The notes beneath the pieces were generated by a model. That model worked only from the letters and a program-made list of their open reading frames with translations, had not been told where the DNA came from and did no database searches. Position numbers and translations under genes: made by a program. A DNA stretch of 64,000 bases. Source: Terriglobia bacterium. GTDB taxonomy: Bacteria; Acidobacteriota; Terriglobia; 2-12-FULL-54-10. Below are positions 41,758-52,311 of the stretch, in pieces (position 1 is the first letter of the stretch; each line of letters opens with the position of its first letter). Where the stretch lies: assembly GCA_963666975.2 (NCBI GenBank), contig CAXVYR010000002.1, positions 192,001 through 256,000 of the forward strand, written 5' to 3'.

Positions 41758-42315
41758 ATGACAAAAGATGTTCTTCAGGAGGCAAAGCGGCGAATAGAAA
41801 AGGTAAGCGAAGACTTGCGCGCGGAACTGGCTACCCTGCGCACGGGCCGCGCCTCCATTACCCTGCTCGATCATACGAAGGTGGATTATTACGGCACCCC
41901 GACGCCTATCAACCAATTGGCCACTCTTTCCGTGCCGGAACCCACCACAATTTTGGTGCAGGCCTGGGACCCGACGGTATTGCCCCAGATCGAAAAAGCC
42001 ATTCTCAGTTCCGACCTCGGGCTGAACCCGGCCAACGATGGGAAGGTGCTGCGCGTCCCCGTTCCTCCGCTGACCGAAGAGCGCCGGAAGGAACTCGTGA
42101 AACATCTGCACAAGGTGCTGGAGTCGCACCGCACGGCCGTGCGGAACTTGCGGCGCGATGCCAACGATGCCGTCAAAAAATTGCTCAAAGATAAAAAAAT
42201 CAGCGAGGATGATGAGCGGCACGCCCATGCGGAGGCGCAGAAAATAACCGACCAGTCGATTGCCAAGCTCGATGAGATGGGCAAGAACAAGGAAAAAGAG
42301 ATGTTAATGGTCTAG
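41758..42315 (+). CDS. frr: ribosome recycling factor
   Basis: LRTGRAS, DYYG.PTP, DLGLNPANDG, PPLTEERRKEL. Confidence 0.98.
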   Translation: MTKDVLQEAKRRIEKVSEDLRAELATLRTGRASITLLDHTKVDYYGTPTPINQLATLSVPEPTTILVQAWDPTVLPQIEKAILSSDLGLNPANDGKVLRVPVPPLTEERRKELVKHLHKVLESHRTAVRNLRRDANDAVKKLLKDKKISEDDERHAHAEAQKITDQSIAKLDEMGKNKEKEMLMV

Positions 42316-42424
42316 CGATATCCCGCCGCCGTGCCGGCAAACCGGCCCCAGTACGGCACACAAGGTTCAGACAACATCTTTACTCTTCCCGCAAAGGCAT
42401 CACATCCGTTTTTTTATCCGCCCG

Positions 42425-43012
42425 CTAGAAATCCGTATTCATCCGAACCGGCGATTGCAAGGTGAACAGCACCAAAGATTCCGCCGGGATGCGGACTCGC
42501 TCCCTGCCGCGCACCGTCTGGGCAACTGTCCCGGCGGCGGCGCCGATTCCCGCGCCAATCACCGATCCTTTTTTTCCGCCGGAGATCGCTCCGATCACGC
42601 CTCCCAGCAATCCGCCGCCTCCTGCCACTTTAGCAGTTTCCTTTCCGCGCGAGGCGCCGTTTTCTTGATAGAAATTGGTCCGGACAGCAATGGATTGCCC
42701 TGCAAAATTCAAAGCGGTCAACTCCAGCGCCAGCTTGGGGCGCCCCTGGATATGGCCACCCTGCTCCACCACGGTCAGCCTGCCGATGGCCTCGGCTCCC
42801 TGGGGAATCACGATTCTTCCGTTTACCCTCAATGGGGAGTTCAGCGTAGCCCGGAACGTTTCGCCTACGTAGTCCGTCTTGGAGTCAATCGTATTCACCA
42901 TGCGCACGGCAATTGTCTCCCCTGCCGGGATAGTTACCGATGCCGCCTGGCTCGTCGCCACGGCAAAAAGCAATGCCAGCGCTATGCTCAAAATCTGTAT
43001 CTGGTTTTTCAT
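42425..43012 (-). CDS. secreted hypothetical protein (TrbI/VirB10-like beta domain with glycine zipper)
   Basis: Signal peptide; TIPAG..I.VR...IDS, GG.LGGVIGAISGGKKG..IGAGIGAAAG. Confidence 0.75.
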   Translation of the reverse strand: MKNQIQILSIALALLFAVATSQAASVTIPAGETIAVRMVNTIDSKTDYVGETFRATLNSPLRVNGRIVIPQGAEAIGRLTVVEQGGHIQGRPKLALELTALNFAGQSIAVRTNFYQENGASRGKETAKVAGGGGLLGGVIGAISGGKKGSVIGAGIGAAAGTVAQTVRGRERVRIPAESLVLFTLQSPVRMNTDF

Positions 43013-43356
43013 CCGCGTCTCTCCCTTAATTTCAAGTTCCACATTTCACTGTTTCCACGCTCTCCCGGCAGCTTCCGTATTCTGATCCGAACAGGCTTTG
43101 CCTAGTTGCATCGCCGCATCGCTGCCACCGCTCCAGCATAACAAAGGAAAGAGGAATTCAATCCGGCGGAGTGGCGCTGGGAAAAAACATCGGAGGTTCC
43201 CGAAATGATTCATCTGAATCTGCCGAAAAGAAAGAGCGATGCATTTCCCTCGGGCACCGAACGGCCTCTCCGGCATGGAACCGGCTGGATGGATGGTGAT
43301 GATATAGTCTAGAATCTATGTGAGCATTACTTGACTAGAGAAAGCGAACCTCTGCA

Positions 43357-44757
43357 ATGCAATCCAAGCGGCAGATTGTCTATCTGGCAGGCGTCATGGG
43401 TGTCGTGTCCTTGGCTGTTGCATTCGGCATCTGGTGGAGCCGGCGGGGGGTGGAAACGGTTCAGACGATGCGCGTGGCGCGGCAGGACGTGACCTCTTTG
43501 GTGATGGCATCGGGTGAAATCAAACCTAAAAACTACGTTCACATCAGCGCGAACGCATTCGGGAAAATCGTATCTATCTCCGTCCGTGAAGGCGACCGGG
43601 TGCGACAAGGCCAGGAACTGGCGAGGCTGGAAGCAATCCAGTCGGAAGCGGAGGTGAGAGCGCAGCAAGCCCAGCTCTCTGCGGCAGAATCCGACGTTCA
43701 AAGCGCGGAAGCGTTCGAGCAATCCATGAAGGCTAATTTCGAGGCCGCCGGGGCTGAACTGGCTCGCGTGCAGGCTCAACTCGAACGATCCCAGCAAGAC
43801 TTTGTCCGGGCGCAATCCCTGCACGAGGAACAGTTGATCTCGCGGGCCAGCTTCGAGCAAGCCCAGGCGGATTACAAGGCGACGGTCGCCTCAGAACAGG
43901 CATCCGAAGCACGCCGCATGCACGCCCAGGCCCAATGGAAACAGACATCCACCCAGCGAACCATAGCGCAAGATCGCGTCCGGCAGGCCAGAGCGAACCT
44001 GGAGCGCCTCACCGACCAGCTCAGCAAACATACTTTCGTCTCGCCGCTCGACGGCGTAGTAACCGACCTGCCGGTGAGCGTGGGAGAAAATGTAGTGCTG
44101 GGCGTGCAAAATGCGCCGGGCAGTTTGCTGATGACGATTGCCGACCTTTCCGTGATCACGACGGAGGTGCTGGTGGATGAAACCGATATCGCCAGGATTG
44201 AGTTGGGGCTGGCAGCGAAGGTGGAGATTGACGCTTTTCCCGGCGAGCCTTTGGCAGGGGAGGTAACGGAAATCGGCAACACTGCTCTAGTCCGCTCTAC
44301 CGGCCTGGCCGCTGCGCAGAGCGCGCTTTCCAACCAGCAAGCCAAAGACATCAAGGTGGTCATTACATTGTCGAACCCGCGGTCCAACTTGCGCCCCGGT
44401 CTTTCGGCAACAGCCGAGATAACGACCGGCACTCGTGAGCAGACATTGGCCATTCCGCTGCAAGCTTTGACGATCCGCCTGCGGCGCGACCTGGGCGCGC
44501 AAAGCAGGGACAATGAAACCAGAACGGGCGCTGTGCAGACCGGAGCGGGCATGGAAGACGGCGAAGAGTTGGAGGGCGTCTTTGTGATCCGCGACAGGGA
44601 GGCTTTCTTTCAACCCGTGGCAACCGGCATCAGCGGCATCACTGACATTGAAGTGTTGAGCGGTCTCCAGGAAGACGATGAAATTGTCACGGGCAGCTAT
44701 GAAGCCCTGCGCACCTTGCAATCCGGCGCTCACGTGCTCATCGATAACGACAACTAA
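43357..44757 (+). CDS. efflux periplasmic adaptor (MFP, MacA-like)
   Basis: GKIVSISVREGDRV, coiled coil, SPLDGVV, VDETDI, LRPGLSA. Confidence 0.92.
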   Translation: MQSKRQIVYLAGVMGVVSLAVAFGIWWSRRGVETVQTMRVARQDVTSLVMASGEIKPKNYVHISANAFGKIVSISVREGDRVRQGQELARLEAIQSEAEVRAQQAQLSAAESDVQSAEAFEQSMKANFEAAGAELARVQAQLERSQQDFVRAQSLHEEQLISRASFEQAQADYKATVASEQASEARRMHAQAQWKQTSTQRTIAQDRVRQARANLERLTDQLSKHTFVSPLDGVVTDLPVSVGENVVLGVQNAPGSLLMTIADLSVITTEVLVDETDIARIELGLAAKVEIDAFPGEPLAGEVTEIGNTALVRSTGLAAAQSALSNQQAKDIKVVITLSNPRSNLRPGLSATAEITTGTREQTLAIPLQALTIRLRRDLGAQSRDNETRTGAVQTGAGMEDGEELEGVFVIRDREAFFQPVATGISGITDIEVLSGLQEDDEIVTGSYEALRTLQSGAHVLIDNDN

Positions 44758-44788
44758 CGATACAAACACCAATTAGAGGAAACTCCGG

Positions 44789-45529
44789 ATGGCGGAAACC
44801 AGCAATCGGTTGCAAGGAACCGCTGCTCACCAGAGCGCGGCGAACGGGAAGCTCATCCGGACCGAGGACCTGTGGAAGACCTACCTGATGGGTTCGGAGC
44901 AAATCCACGCCTTGCGCGGTGTCAGCCTGGAAATCGAGCGCAACGAATATGCCGCCATCATGGGGCCGTCCGGTTCGGGAAAGTCCACCTTGATGAATCT
45001 GATCGGCTGTCTGGACACCCCCACGCGGGGCAGCTATTGGATCAACGGAAAACTGGCGAGCGATCTCGATGACGATCAATTGGCTTATCTGCGAAACCGG
45101 GAGATCGGCTTCGTTTTCCAAACTTTCAATCTTCTGCCGCGGGCGACGGCGCTCGGCAACGTGGAGTTGCCGCTGGTTTACAGGGGCCTTCCGGCAGCCG
45201 AACGCCGCGAAAAAGCCCAAAACGCTTTGCGGATGGTCGAGCTGGCAGACCGCATGGACCACCGGCCCAGCGAACTCTCCGGCGGCCAGCGGCAGCGCGT
45301 GGCCATCGCGCGAGCTTTGGTGAACTCGCCCTCCATCGTGCTGGCCGATGAGCCTACCGGCAACCTGGATTCCGCCACCGGCACCGAGATTATGAATCTT
45401 TTTGAGCGTCTCAACCGGGAGGGTCACACGCTGCTGGTGGTCACGCACGAGCAGTGTGTTGCGGCCTATGCGCGCCGCATCATCCATATCCGGGACGGCA
45501 CGGTGGAGCGGGATGAACGTATCCGTTAG
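44789..45529 (+). CDS. ABC transporter ATP-binding protein (MacB/LolD type)
   Basis: [26 protein letters not shown]. Confidence 0.95.
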   Translation: MAETSNRLQGTAAHQSAANGKLIRTEDLWKTYLMGSEQIHALRGVSLEIERNEYAAIMGPSGSGKSTLMNLIGCLDTPTRGSYWINGKLASDLDDDQLAYLRNREIGFVFQTFNLLPRATALGNVELPLVYRGLPAAERREKAQNALRMVELADRMDHRPSELSGGQRQRVAIARALVNSPSIVLADEPTGNLDSATGTEIMNLFERLNREGHTLLVVTHEQCVAAYARRIIHIRDGTVERDERIR

Positions 45530-45632
45530 CGGCCGGCGGCAAAAGCACCGGAAGCCTGAAATTGCCGGAGAAGACGAGGAACCGGAGCCTCCCGGCACAG
45601 GGTTCGACTGTTTGGATTTTCAAGGTTGAAAA

Positions 45633-46853
45633 ATGTCTATTGCTGATTCCTTCCGGCTGGCGATCCATACCTTGCTGGCTCACAAACTCCGGTCTTTCCT
45701 GACGCTGCTCGGCATCTTGATCTCCGTCACAACGCTGGTCACCGTTGTCTCGATTGTCCGCGGCATGGACCAATTCGTCGCCGAGCGTCTCTCGCAGCTT
45801 GGCACCGAAGTTTTTGTCATCTCCCGGTTCGGCATCATCACGAATTCAAAGCAATGGGCGGAGGCGCAGAAGCGTCCCAGGTTAACCCTGCAGGACTACG
45901 AGGCCTTGCGCCGGGGAGTAACGCAAGCCACCCATGTAGGAGCCATTGTGCGGGAGCGGGGTGAGTTGAAACACGGCAGGCAATCCCTCCGAGCCTCCGT
46001 TCGGGGTGTGACGGCCAATATGATTGACATCCGCACCGAAGAGCTTGCCTCCGGCCGCTACATCAGCGAGGCCGATTACCGCCATCGCAAGCGGGTTTGC
46101 GTCATTGGCGCAGACGTCTTAATAAATTTATACCCGAGCGGAAACGCTGTTGGAAAATTACTTTCCATCCGAGGGCAAAGATTTCAGGTCGTCGGGGTGG
46201 CCCAGCCCGTGGGCTCCATCTTTGGGCAGTCGCAGGACAATTTCGTTTATATCCCTTTGACGACAGCGCTGAAGCTCTACGGACAGCGGCGAAGTATCGG
46301 CTTCCAGATTCGGGTCCGCGAAGCTGCTCTTCTGCCTCCGGCCGCCGACCAGGCGCGGCTCATCCTGCGGGCACGCCACCATCTGGGCTATTTCGACAAG
46401 GATGATTTCGGGTTAATTAGCCCGGCCGCGGTTATGGAGCTCTGGCAAAGTCTGACGGGAACCATTGCGCGGGCGGCTGTGGTCGTCACGATCATTTTTG
46501 TTGTGATGGGCGGAATCGTGATTATGAACATCATGCTGGCGTCTCTCGCGGAGCGCACCTGGGAGATCGGCATGCGCAAGGCGGTGGGCGCGACAAGAGC
46601 GGACGTGCGAATGCAATTTCTTATGGAAGCGGCCTGTTTATCCATACTCGGAGGCGTGCTGGGTGTCGCTCTGGCTTTTGCGGGCACCAGGCTGGTCGCT
46701 TTGCTGAGCCCCGTCCCGGCTCCATTTTCTCTGGATATCGTGGTCGCTGCCCTTGCCGTTTCGGGCGCGGTTGGACTGTTTTTTGGCATCTATCCAGCCG
46801 CCCGTGCCGCCCGCCTGGACCCGATCACCGCTCTGCGGTCCGAGAGCGGTTAG
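45633..46853 (+). CDS. ABC transporter permease (MacB/FtsX type)
   Basis: LRSFLTLLGI, GGIVIMNIML...ERT.EIG.RKAVGA, PI.ALR.E. Confidence 0.93.
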   Translation: MSIADSFRLAIHTLLAHKLRSFLTLLGILISVTTLVTVVSIVRGMDQFVAERLSQLGTEVFVISRFGIITNSKQWAEAQKRPRLTLQDYEALRRGVTQATHVGAIVRERGELKHGRQSLRASVRGVTANMIDIRTEELASGRYISEADYRHRKRVCVIGADVLINLYPSGNAVGKLLSIRGQRFQVVGVAQPVGSIFGQSQDNFVYIPLTTALKLYGQRRSIGFQIRVREAALLPPAADQARLILRARHHLGYFDKDDFGLISPAAVMELWQSLTGTIARAAVVVTIIFVVMGGIVIMNIMLASLAERTWEIGMRKAVGATRADVRMQFLMEAACLSILGGVLGVALAFAGTRLVALLSPVPAPFSLDIVVAALAVSGAVGLFFGIYPAARAARLDPITALRSESG

Positions 46854-46920
46854 AACCGTGAATCCCCTTCCCCGGAAGGTTGCATGACGGTTTCCGGATG
46901 AGGGGATCGGTGAAGCAAGC

Positions 46921-48156
46921 ATGGTCGCATTTCGTGAAAATCTGAAGCTCGCATTCGGCACACTTGCCACGCACCGCCTGCGTTCGGCACTGGCCATTCT
47001 GGGTGTGGTAGTAGGTACCGCCATCGTCATGGCGATCGGGGCGATTCTGACCGGCCTGGACCGGAGCGTGGTGGCGCTGCTGGAGCGTTTTGGGACCAAT
47101 ACGATTTTTGTCTCCAAGCTATCCCCCGGCGTAGAACTCGGCCACCGTAGCCGCGAACAACGCTTGCGGAAGCCGCTGACCCTGGAAGATGCGGAGGCGA
47201 TTGAGGCATCTTCTACTGCTGCTGTGCGCGTGGCCGCTCAAATCTTTACCGAAGACATAGTCGATGTGCGGTACCAGGGCGAGGAGGTTTCCGCCACGCA
47301 CTTTTTCGGCGGCGGACCGGACTATGCCCGCGTGACCAATATGAACCTGAAGGAAGGCCGCTTCTTTACCGAGAGCGAGAACCGGCATCACCTCCGCCTG
47401 GCGATGATTGGCTATGAGATTGATCAGGCGTTGTTCCCGAACGAGAGCGCGCTGGAAAAAACCATCGACGTCGGCGGCAGGCCGTTTCGGATCGTGGGGG
47501 TGTTTGACCGCCGTAAGGGAAACTTCTTTGGAAGCGAATCGCACGATCAATACGTGCTGGTGCCCTACTACACCTTCCGCAAGTTTTATCCGGCGATCCG
47601 CGAACATTATTTTCTGGTGGAGGCTCGCCCAAAACAGCTGGACCAGGCCGTGGATCAGATTCGCGGATTGTTGCGGAGGCGGCGACACGATGGCTTGAAC
47701 CAGCCGGACAGCTTTTATGTATCCACAGCGGAGTCCATCATCGACCAGTTCCACAAAATCACCGCCGCCGTAACGACGGTGATGATGCTGATCAGTTCAA
47801 TCGGCTTGCTTGTGGGCGGCGTGGGCGTGATGAATATCATGCTGGTTTCCGTCACCGAACGGACACGGGAGATCGGCATCCGCAAGGCCGTAGGAGCGCG
47901 GCGGCGGGACATTGTCCAACAATTCCTGTTCGAGGCTGTTACCCTGACCGGATTAGGAGGATTGCTCGGCCTGCTGCTCGGCCTGAGCCTGGGATGGTTC
48001 CTGCGGTGGGTCTATCCTTCGATCCCCTCGGAGGTTCCGCTCTGGGCGATGGCATCCGGGCTTGCGGTTTCGCTCGCCGTAGGATTGTTCTTCGGCCTTT
48101 GGCCGGCTATCAAAGCCTCCCGCCTGGAACCGATTGAGGCCCTGCACTACGAATGA
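46921..48156 (+). CDS. ABC transporter permease (MacB/FtsX type)
   Basis: VGGVGVMNIMLVSVTERTREIGIRKAVGA. Confidence 0.93.
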   Translation: MVAFRENLKLAFGTLATHRLRSALAILGVVVGTAIVMAIGAILTGLDRSVVALLERFGTNTIFVSKLSPGVELGHRSREQRLRKPLTLEDAEAIEASSTAAVRVAAQIFTEDIVDVRYQGEEVSATHFFGGGPDYARVTNMNLKEGRFFTESENRHHLRLAMIGYEIDQALFPNESALEKTIDVGGRPFRIVGVFDRRKGNFFGSESHDQYVLVPYYTFRKFYPAIREHYFLVEARPKQLDQAVDQIRGLLRRRRHDGLNQPDSFYVSTAESIIDQFHKITAAVTTVMMLISSIGLLVGGVGVMNIMLVSVTERTREIGIRKAVGARRRDIVQQFLFEAVTLTGLGGLLGLLLGLSLGWFLRWVYPSIPSEVPLWAMASGLAVSLAVGLFFGLWPAIKASRLEPIEALHYE

Positions 48157-48258
48157 ATCTTTCCGCTGCCTATGCGACCCGGAGCCAGCCGAAAGGCTTG
48201 ACCTGACGCCGGAGAATCCAGTAGCATAAATTCACGGTACAGGCAGGAAGCCTCCGGA

Positions 48259-48333
48259 GGCGCTATCGTCTAGGGGTTAGGACGTGAGATTCTCATTCTC
48301 AAAACCCGGGTTCGATTCCCGGTAGCGCTACCA
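48259..48333 (+). tRNA. tRNA-Glu(CTC)
   Basis: ggcgcta...tagcgcta cca; anticodon stem tgaga/tctca with loop ttctcat; TTCGATT T-loop. Confidence 0.95.
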
Positions 48334-48395
48334 TCCACACACTGCTGCTGAGCTCTATCTAAAACACTTTCCCTGATTGACAATTTGCGGCGTAT

Positions 48396-49409
48396 TAGAC
48401 CATTTTTATAGATAGTGTATAGTGGTGACTGGCGATACACTGCGAACAAGAATCAATGGCGAAGGCGTATTCGAACGATCTGCGGCGGAAGCTGCTGGAG
48501 GCGTACGATCGGGGGGAGGGGAGTCTTCGGGAAGTGGCGGAGCGGTTCGGGGTGAGTAGTCCGTATGCGTGGAAGATCTCGGCGCAGCGCAAGCGAACGG
48601 GGCAGGTCGAGCGGGTGGAACAACGGCATGGGCCAGAGAGCAAAGTGACGGCTGGGGTGGAACGGCAGTTGATATCCTGGGTGCGGCAGCAACCCGAGTT
48701 GACGTTGGCGGAGTTACAGGAGCGACTCTGGGAAACGGCGCAGCTGCCGGTCAGCCTGACACGGCTGTGGCAGGTGCTGCGGCTCAAAAAAAGTCGCTCC
48801 ATGCCCAGGAACAGGAGACCCCGGAAAATCAACAGCGGCGGGCGGCGTGGTGGGAGACGCTGAGGGGGATAGATCCGGCCCAGTTGGTCTTTGTGGATGA
48901 GAGCGGAGCAACGACGGGAATGACGCGCCGCTATGGGCGGGCACCGTCTGGAGAGCGGGTGCGGGAGGCGGCCCCGGCCGGGCACTGGAGCACGCTCACC
49001 CTGCTGGGGGCCATGAGCGCGGAGGGAATCCTGGCCAGCATGACGGTCGAGTCCCCCACCGACGGGGATGTCTTCCTGGCTTATCTGGACCACGTCCTCT
49101 GCCCCCAGCTGAGTCCCGGACAGGTGGTAGTGATGGACAATCTGTCGGCCCACAAAGTGGACGGCGTTCGCGAGCGGATCGAAGCAGCCGGGGCTAGATT
49201 GCTGTATCTGCCGCCTGACTCGCCCGACTTCAATCCGATTGAGAAAGCCTGGTCGAAAATCAAACAGCATCTGCGCAAGGCCAAGGCTCGCACCTTGGAA
49301 CGGCTCGAAGACACCGTCGCTCAATCCCTGGCGACCGTCACTTCACAGGATGCAACCGCCTGGTTCCGCCACTGTGGATATGCTATACACTAACTGTGAA
49401 AACGGTCTA
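48396..49409 (+). mobile_element. IS630-family element; two-ORF transposase 48456-49393 joined at an A7 run near 48785
   Basis: Imperfect TIRs tagaccatttttatagatagtgtatag / rc tagaccgttttcacagttagtgtatag with terminal TA; AYSNDLR, FVDESG, MDNL..HK, SPDFNPIE. Confidence 0.92.
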
Positions 49410-49664
49410 GTGTTATGCTGATTCCACCAACAGTTAATTGCGGAAGCACCATAGTGACTGTAGTGGGTATAGTGGGAGGGTATACCCTGGAGGACCCAGG
49501 CCAAGTCGCCTTCGGCCCTTCCTCTCATACCCCCTCACAAGTCACTACACCCACTACAGAGTCTGCGGAGACGAGGCTTTCAAATTGCTAGATCGCTTGT
49601 CCCGGCGGATGCCTATTTGTCAGATGGCCTACCCCACGACGGAAGCGGCAACTCGGCGCATCTT

Positions 49665-51533
49665 TTACCATTGAGCCGCCGGGCCACCAAGCTCTACCTG
49701 AGACCCCACCGGTTGCATTCCCCATTTCCTGGCCAGCGAAGGAACCAAGTGCCTCACTTTGCCCCCAACCACGGTCATCAGAACCCTTATGTTCTCAATG
49801 TCGTCTTCCGGGATTGTTAGGTAGTCTCGATCCAGCACCAGGAAATCGGCAAACTTGCCTGGCTCCAGAGCACCTAGCTTGTCTTCTTTCATTAAATAGT
49901 ACGCCCCCCAAGTAGTCGCACTCTTTAGAGCCAACTCCCGGCTGATCCGTTGATTCGGCGCATAGACCCTGTCGTTTTCCTGCGGCACCTTTCGATCCAC
50001 GAATCGAGCCAGAGTCCAAAAGACGGTCAGCGACGTTGTTGCCAAGGGCCGGTCGATCTCGAAACCGGTGGGAACCTGGGCATCAATTAGTGATTTTTTC
50101 GGCACAGTCCACTGGACAGCCTCTTCACCGAAGGTTTTGAATATCCTGGGAGCATTTTGCATATAGAAGAAAGGAGCGCCGCCGACAGCCATCCCCAGTC
50201 TCTTGATCCGTCCTATCTGATCCGGCCGCGGGGACATGGTCAGGTGGTCCCAGGCATGCCTCTTCGCCCGGATTTGTTCTGGTGTGAAGCCCGCTTCTCT
50301 GCTCCCTCTTTCAATCGCTTCCATTAGATAATCGACATCCAGATCTCCACCCATATGCATCGCCGCAATGCGGCCTCCGGCCTTAACGAACTCAACGAGT
50401 CGCCGGAAATGCTGATCGCTTGGATCAAATGAACAACTGTTGGATCCGGCGGCCACTTCGACTCGAGGCTGCGCCGTGGTACAACCGCTGCCCACTCTTT
50501 CCACTCCCCATCCTCCGGCGTTCCAGAAGTAATCGTTGCCTGTGCCTTCCAACAAAACGATTGTGTTGAATATGTAAGGGTCAGCGTCGAAAAACGTTTC
50601 ACGCCAACCCCAGGTCCACGCATTCCGCACGGGCATCTCTCCGCTTTTCGACAAGTCGCTATACACCTTCAGATTGGAGGGAGTGTAAGCCCTCGATCCG
50701 AATGCACTGACTCCCAAGCTTGCCCACCAACTCAGCTCGATGCGATGAATCTCCTTCAGTTCCTTGTAGTGGTCCTTCATCACCACTTCGTGGAATACCC
50801 AGTCCATGGCGCCGCGAACGCTCCCGCCGCGCCGTCCAGTTTCACTATCCAACAGCATGTCTTGCTGTGGGAATACCTTTGCGATTTCCTCCTCTCCTCT
50901 TTCATTCGCCAAAGCCCCCGTGAACACAGTTCTATGGAAGACCGGATTGTTGGGAGCGAGTCGGTCCAGCAATTCCTTCGGAATCATTTCTCCGTCCAAT
51001 ATATTTCCGTATCTCTCCCGGTCGAGCCCATATTCGTACTTGTCGCCAAGAGAATGAGCGAAGAAGATCCATTGCCCTGGCTTCGCCTTGCTGACTGCCT
51101 CCCGCAACACTCCCGGAAACGCTTGTGCCTGTTCCTGTGGGCTCCCCGTCATATACCGGGCTACAATCTTGTCATCCGTCAGTACCTTCTTCAATGCATA
51201 CGGATTCTGTGGCGCCCAGTCATATGGGTGATCATGCACTACAATCAGCCCCGGTACGACTGTCCGGCCTTCCAAATCTATCTGTTTAGTATTCGGTCCC
51301 GCTTGCCCGCGAATCTGGGCGTTGGTCCCCACTGCCACAACATTGTCATCCCGAATGGCCATCGCTTGGGCTACCGTTCCTACGTTCGAGGTGAAGCTCT
51401 TATCACTCATCGTCACGATCTTCCCGTTGTATACGATCATCTCTGGGGTTGCTTGCTGAGCCTGTCCTACGTTAACCGCCAGGAAGCTCCACGCCACAAG
51501 GAATGCCGACACACTACTCCATCTATTTTGCAT
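49665..51533 (-). CDS. secreted amidohydrolase-family protein (YtcJ/amidohydro_3-like)
   Basis: Signal peptide, IDLEGRTVVPG..HDH, HMGGD, GALEPGKFADFLVLDRDY, VLMTVVGGK. Confidence 0.9.
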   Translation of the reverse strand: MQNRWSSVSAFLVAWSFLAVNVGQAQQATPEMIVYNGKIVTMSDKSFTSNVGTVAQAMAIRDDNVVAVGTNAQIRGQAGPNTKQIDLEGRTVVPGLIVVHDHPYDWAPQNPYALKKVLTDDKIVARYMTGSPQEQAQAFPGVLREAVSKAKPGQWIFFAHSLGDKYEYGLDRERYGNILDGEMIPKELLDRLAPNNPVFHRTVFTGALANERGEEEIAKVFPQQDMLLDSETGRRGGSVRGAMDWVFHEVVMKDHYKELKEIHRIELSWWASLGVSAFGSRAYTPSNLKVYSDLSKSGEMPVRNAWTWGWRETFFDADPYIFNTIVLLEGTGNDYFWNAGGWGVERVGSGCTTAQPRVEVAAGSNSCSFDPSDQHFRRLVEFVKAGGRIAAMHMGGDLDVDYLMEAIERGSREAGFTPEQIRAKRHAWDHLTMSPRPDQIGRIKRLGMAVGGAPFFYMQNAPRIFKTFGEEAVQWTVPKKSLIDAQVPTGFEIDRPLATTSLTVFWTLARFVDRKVPQENDRVYAPNQRISRELALKSATTWGAYYLMKEDKLGALEPGKFADFLVLDRDYLTIPEDDIENIRVLMTVVGGKVRHLVPSLARKWGMQPVGSQVELGGPAAQW

Positions 51534-51625
51534 GGTCTTTTCCTCCGCCTAAAAAACAGCCTTCCTCTGGTAAGTTCCTCGCCGGGAACCTACGGCAGGG
51601 AGGGAAAAGGGTGACTAAAACGAAA

Positions 51626-51913
51626 TTAATTTCTTAGCCTCCCGGTAGCCACGAGGATATACCCGTTTGCCCCCAGTCGAGCCCCCGAGCACAATTGTTT
51701 CTCCGAGATGTTCCCATTAGCTCCCAACCGCCCCTTTCCGGGTCCTGAAAGCCTGTCGCCTTGGCTTCCAGAACCAGCTTTTTCAGACACCTCTTCAGTC
51801 CATCTATCTGCCTCAGCATGCTGGCAAATAAACGTCTCGTCAAATGGCTCTCCGCCAGCAATAGCCAATAATACCGGGCCTGTTTTCACCAGCCGCTGCT
51901 GCAGGCTCGTCAA
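51626..51913 (-). mobile_element. IS1380-family 3' remnant
   Basis: LTSLQQRLVKTG and LLAESHLTRRLFASMLRQI in shifted frames. Confidence 0.7.
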
Positions 51914-52010
51914 CCCACCTGCTTCCCGATCTCAGCCCAGGAGAGCCCCTGCGCACGGAGACGGGCAATCCTCGCCGAATCCACAACGCGGCGCGGAATT
52001 CTCTCGCTTC
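51910..52010 (-). pseudogene. C-terminal HTH remnant of a serine resolvase/recombinase
   Basis: PRRVVDSARIARLRAQGLSWAEIGKQVG. Confidence 0.55.
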
Positions 52011-52311
52011 CGCTGGTACAAATACTGCCGGTCAGGTCACTACTTTCTAATGCGGGAAAACGGACCAGCGAGAGAGGACAGTTCCATTTCGCAAGCGCGC
52101 TACGGAAGGCGAAATCTCTAGAATGCATCGCATGAATGCCCTCCGACCCGAAACCGAGCGGGCCCGGATCGCAGGACGACTTCCTCGCAGAATTTTCGCT
52201 CGGCCAACGGTATTTTGTGTTCCTCCAGAATCCGTTTAACGCGCTCCAAAACTTCTGCGTACTCAACCGCGCGCGTAGGGTCAACACAATATACTCATTC
52301 CTCGATCCTGA

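Noticed and set aside
48780-48795. IS630 frameshift as a novelty
   Set aside because: Split ORFs joined at an A-run are well known in IS630 elements
30283-51913. IS1380 5' and 3' fragments as one split element or composite transposon
   Set aside because: Both are on the minus strand in the wrong order, and core ribosomal genes lie between them; they are independent remnants
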